Of a DNA stretch of 64,000 bases, positions 62,345 through 64,000 are shown in pieces. Below the pieces are notes generated by a model. The model worked only from the letters and a program-made list of their open reading frames with translations. It was not told the DNA's origin and did not search any database. The DNA is from Mustelus asterias. Taxonomy: Eukaryota. The DNA is taken from contig NC_135813.1 of NCBI RefSeq assembly GCF_964213995.1, positions 101,680,001 to 101,744,000 of the forward strand, read 5' to 3'. Numbering within the stretch: the stretch's first letter is position 1; every line of letters begins with the position of its first letter. A program made the translations under genes and the position numbers.

Positions 62345-64000
62345 TATCTTGATGATTCGCTTCATTATATATATCAATCCACATGATATCAAGAAACGGC
62401 TGAAGGCACTGGATACTGCAGCGTCTATGAGCTTGACAATAGTACTGAAAACTTTTGCTCTCGGACTTACTACACTTTCAGCCAAGCTGTTTCAGTACAT
62501 CTACAATGCTGGCATCTGCCCAGCAATGTAGAATCCCAGGAATGTTCTGTGCACAAAAAGCAGGACAAATCCAACCCAGCCAATTTCCATCCTGTCAGTC
62601 TATTCTCGAGCATCAATAAACTGATGGAAGGGGTCATCAACAGTGTTATCAAGTGGCACATACAATCCCGACAGTGCACAAGGAGGCCATTTGGCTCATC
62701 GAGTCTGCATTTACTTTCCAAAAGAGCATCTTTCCCATGCCTACCCCGCTGCCCTATCCCTACGCATTTACCATGGCTAATCCACGTGGCAATAATCTGT
62801 TCCCTGATGCTCTGTTTGGATTCCACCAGGATCAGTCAACTCCTGACCTCATTACAGCCTTGGTCCAAACATCGACAAAGGAGCTGAATGCCAGCAGAGA
62901 GTTGAGAGTGACTGCCTTTGACATCAAGGCAACATTTGACCGAGGGAGATATCAAGGAGACCTAGTAAAACTAGAGTCAAAGGGAATCAAGGGGAAAATT
63001 CACCACTGGGTGGAGTCCTACCTAGCACAAAGGGAGATGGTTGCGATTGTTGGAGGTCTCAGTTCCAGGAAGTTGCTGCAGGAGTTCCTCAGGATAATAT
63101 CCTCAGCCCAACTATCTTCAGCTGCTTCATCAATGACATTCCTTCCATCGTAAGGTCAGAAGTAGACATGATTATTGATGATTGCTTAGCATCATTCGCA
63201 GCTCCTCAGACACTGAAGCAATCCATGTCCAAATGCAGCAAGGCCTGGACAATATCCAGCCTTGGGCTGACAGGGGTGACACGGTGGCACAGTGGTTAGC
63301 ACTGTTACCTCACAGTGCCAGGGACCCGGGTTCGATTTCCAGCTCGGGTCACTGTCTGTGTGGAGTCCCCACGTTCTCCCCATGTCTGCATGGGTTTCCT
63401 TTGGGTGCTCCCATTTCCTCCCAGTCTGAAAGACATGCTGGTTAGGTGCATTAGCCATGCTAATTCTCCCTCAGTGTACCAGAACAGACACCGGAGTGTG
63501 GCGATCAGGGGATTTTCACAATAACTTCATTGCAGTGTAAATGTAAGCCTACTTGTGACTAATAAATAAACTTAAGTTAAAGTGGCAAGTAACATTCCCA
63601 CAAGTGCCAGGCAATGACCATCTCCAACAAGAGATAATCTAACCGTCGCCCCTTGACCTTCAGTGGCATTACCATCACTGTATCCTCTACTATTAAAATC
63701 TAGGGGTTACCATTGACAAAAGACTTTACTGGATTAGCCATATAACTGTGTCTACAAGAGCAGGTCAGAGGCTAGGATTCCTGCAACACTCAAGAAGCTT
63801 GACACCATTGAGGGGAAAGCAGCCTGCTCAATTGGCACTCCATCCCAAACATTCAGCCCCTTCAACACTAATGAATCGCGGCAGCGGTGTGTACATCTGC
63901 AAGATGCACTACAGGAGCTCACCAAGGCTTCTTAGACAGCACCTTCCAAACCCACGACCGCTACCATCTAGAAGGAGAAGGACAGCAGACATATGGGAAC
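62345..64000 (+). mobile_element. L2/CR1-clade LINE RT region with nested HE1 copies (62663-62790 minus; 63273-63580 plus)
   Basis: KKQDKSNPANFHPVSLFSSINKLMEGVIN and FGFHQDQSTPDLITALVQ...AFDIKATFDR; runs off the window end. Confidence 0.85.

Noticed and set aside
44740-64000. Further upstream SCARF2 exons
   Set aside because: No Cys-rich EGF-like or signal-peptide exon with splice sites was found by eye on the minus strand. They probably lie beyond the window, though a short exon could have been missed.

Overview
Eukaryotic (shark/elasmobranch) genomic DNA, identified by dense HE1-type V-SINEs, HER1-like CR1 LINEs and a SacSINE1-like DeuSINE. The window lies inside one minus-strand gene, SCARF2 (SREC-II). 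Six internal coding exons (219, 129, 104, 118, 125 and 153 bp; 44739 down to 4461) have canonical AG/GT sites and splice in frame. They encode EGF-like repeats, the TM helix and the start of the cytoplasmic tail; the 5' exons and the last exon fall outside the window. The introns are mostly transposon debris: CR1/L2/Rex1 LINE fragments, one near full-length CR1, two decayed Gypsy LTR elements, an internally deleted hAT, Harbinger-like relics and MITEs, about 20 HE1 SINEs with two alternative tails, minisatellites and a 200-N gap. The most notable observation is a poly(A)-tailed element at 224-625 built from a U1 snRNA head and duplicated U2 snRNA segments. It carries compensatory base changes that preserve snRNA stems, and a second partial copy lies at 1695-1801. 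This is a SINEU-like snRNA-derived retroposon, a class I know only from crocodilians. All family assignments are from recall of consensus sequences, not database searches.
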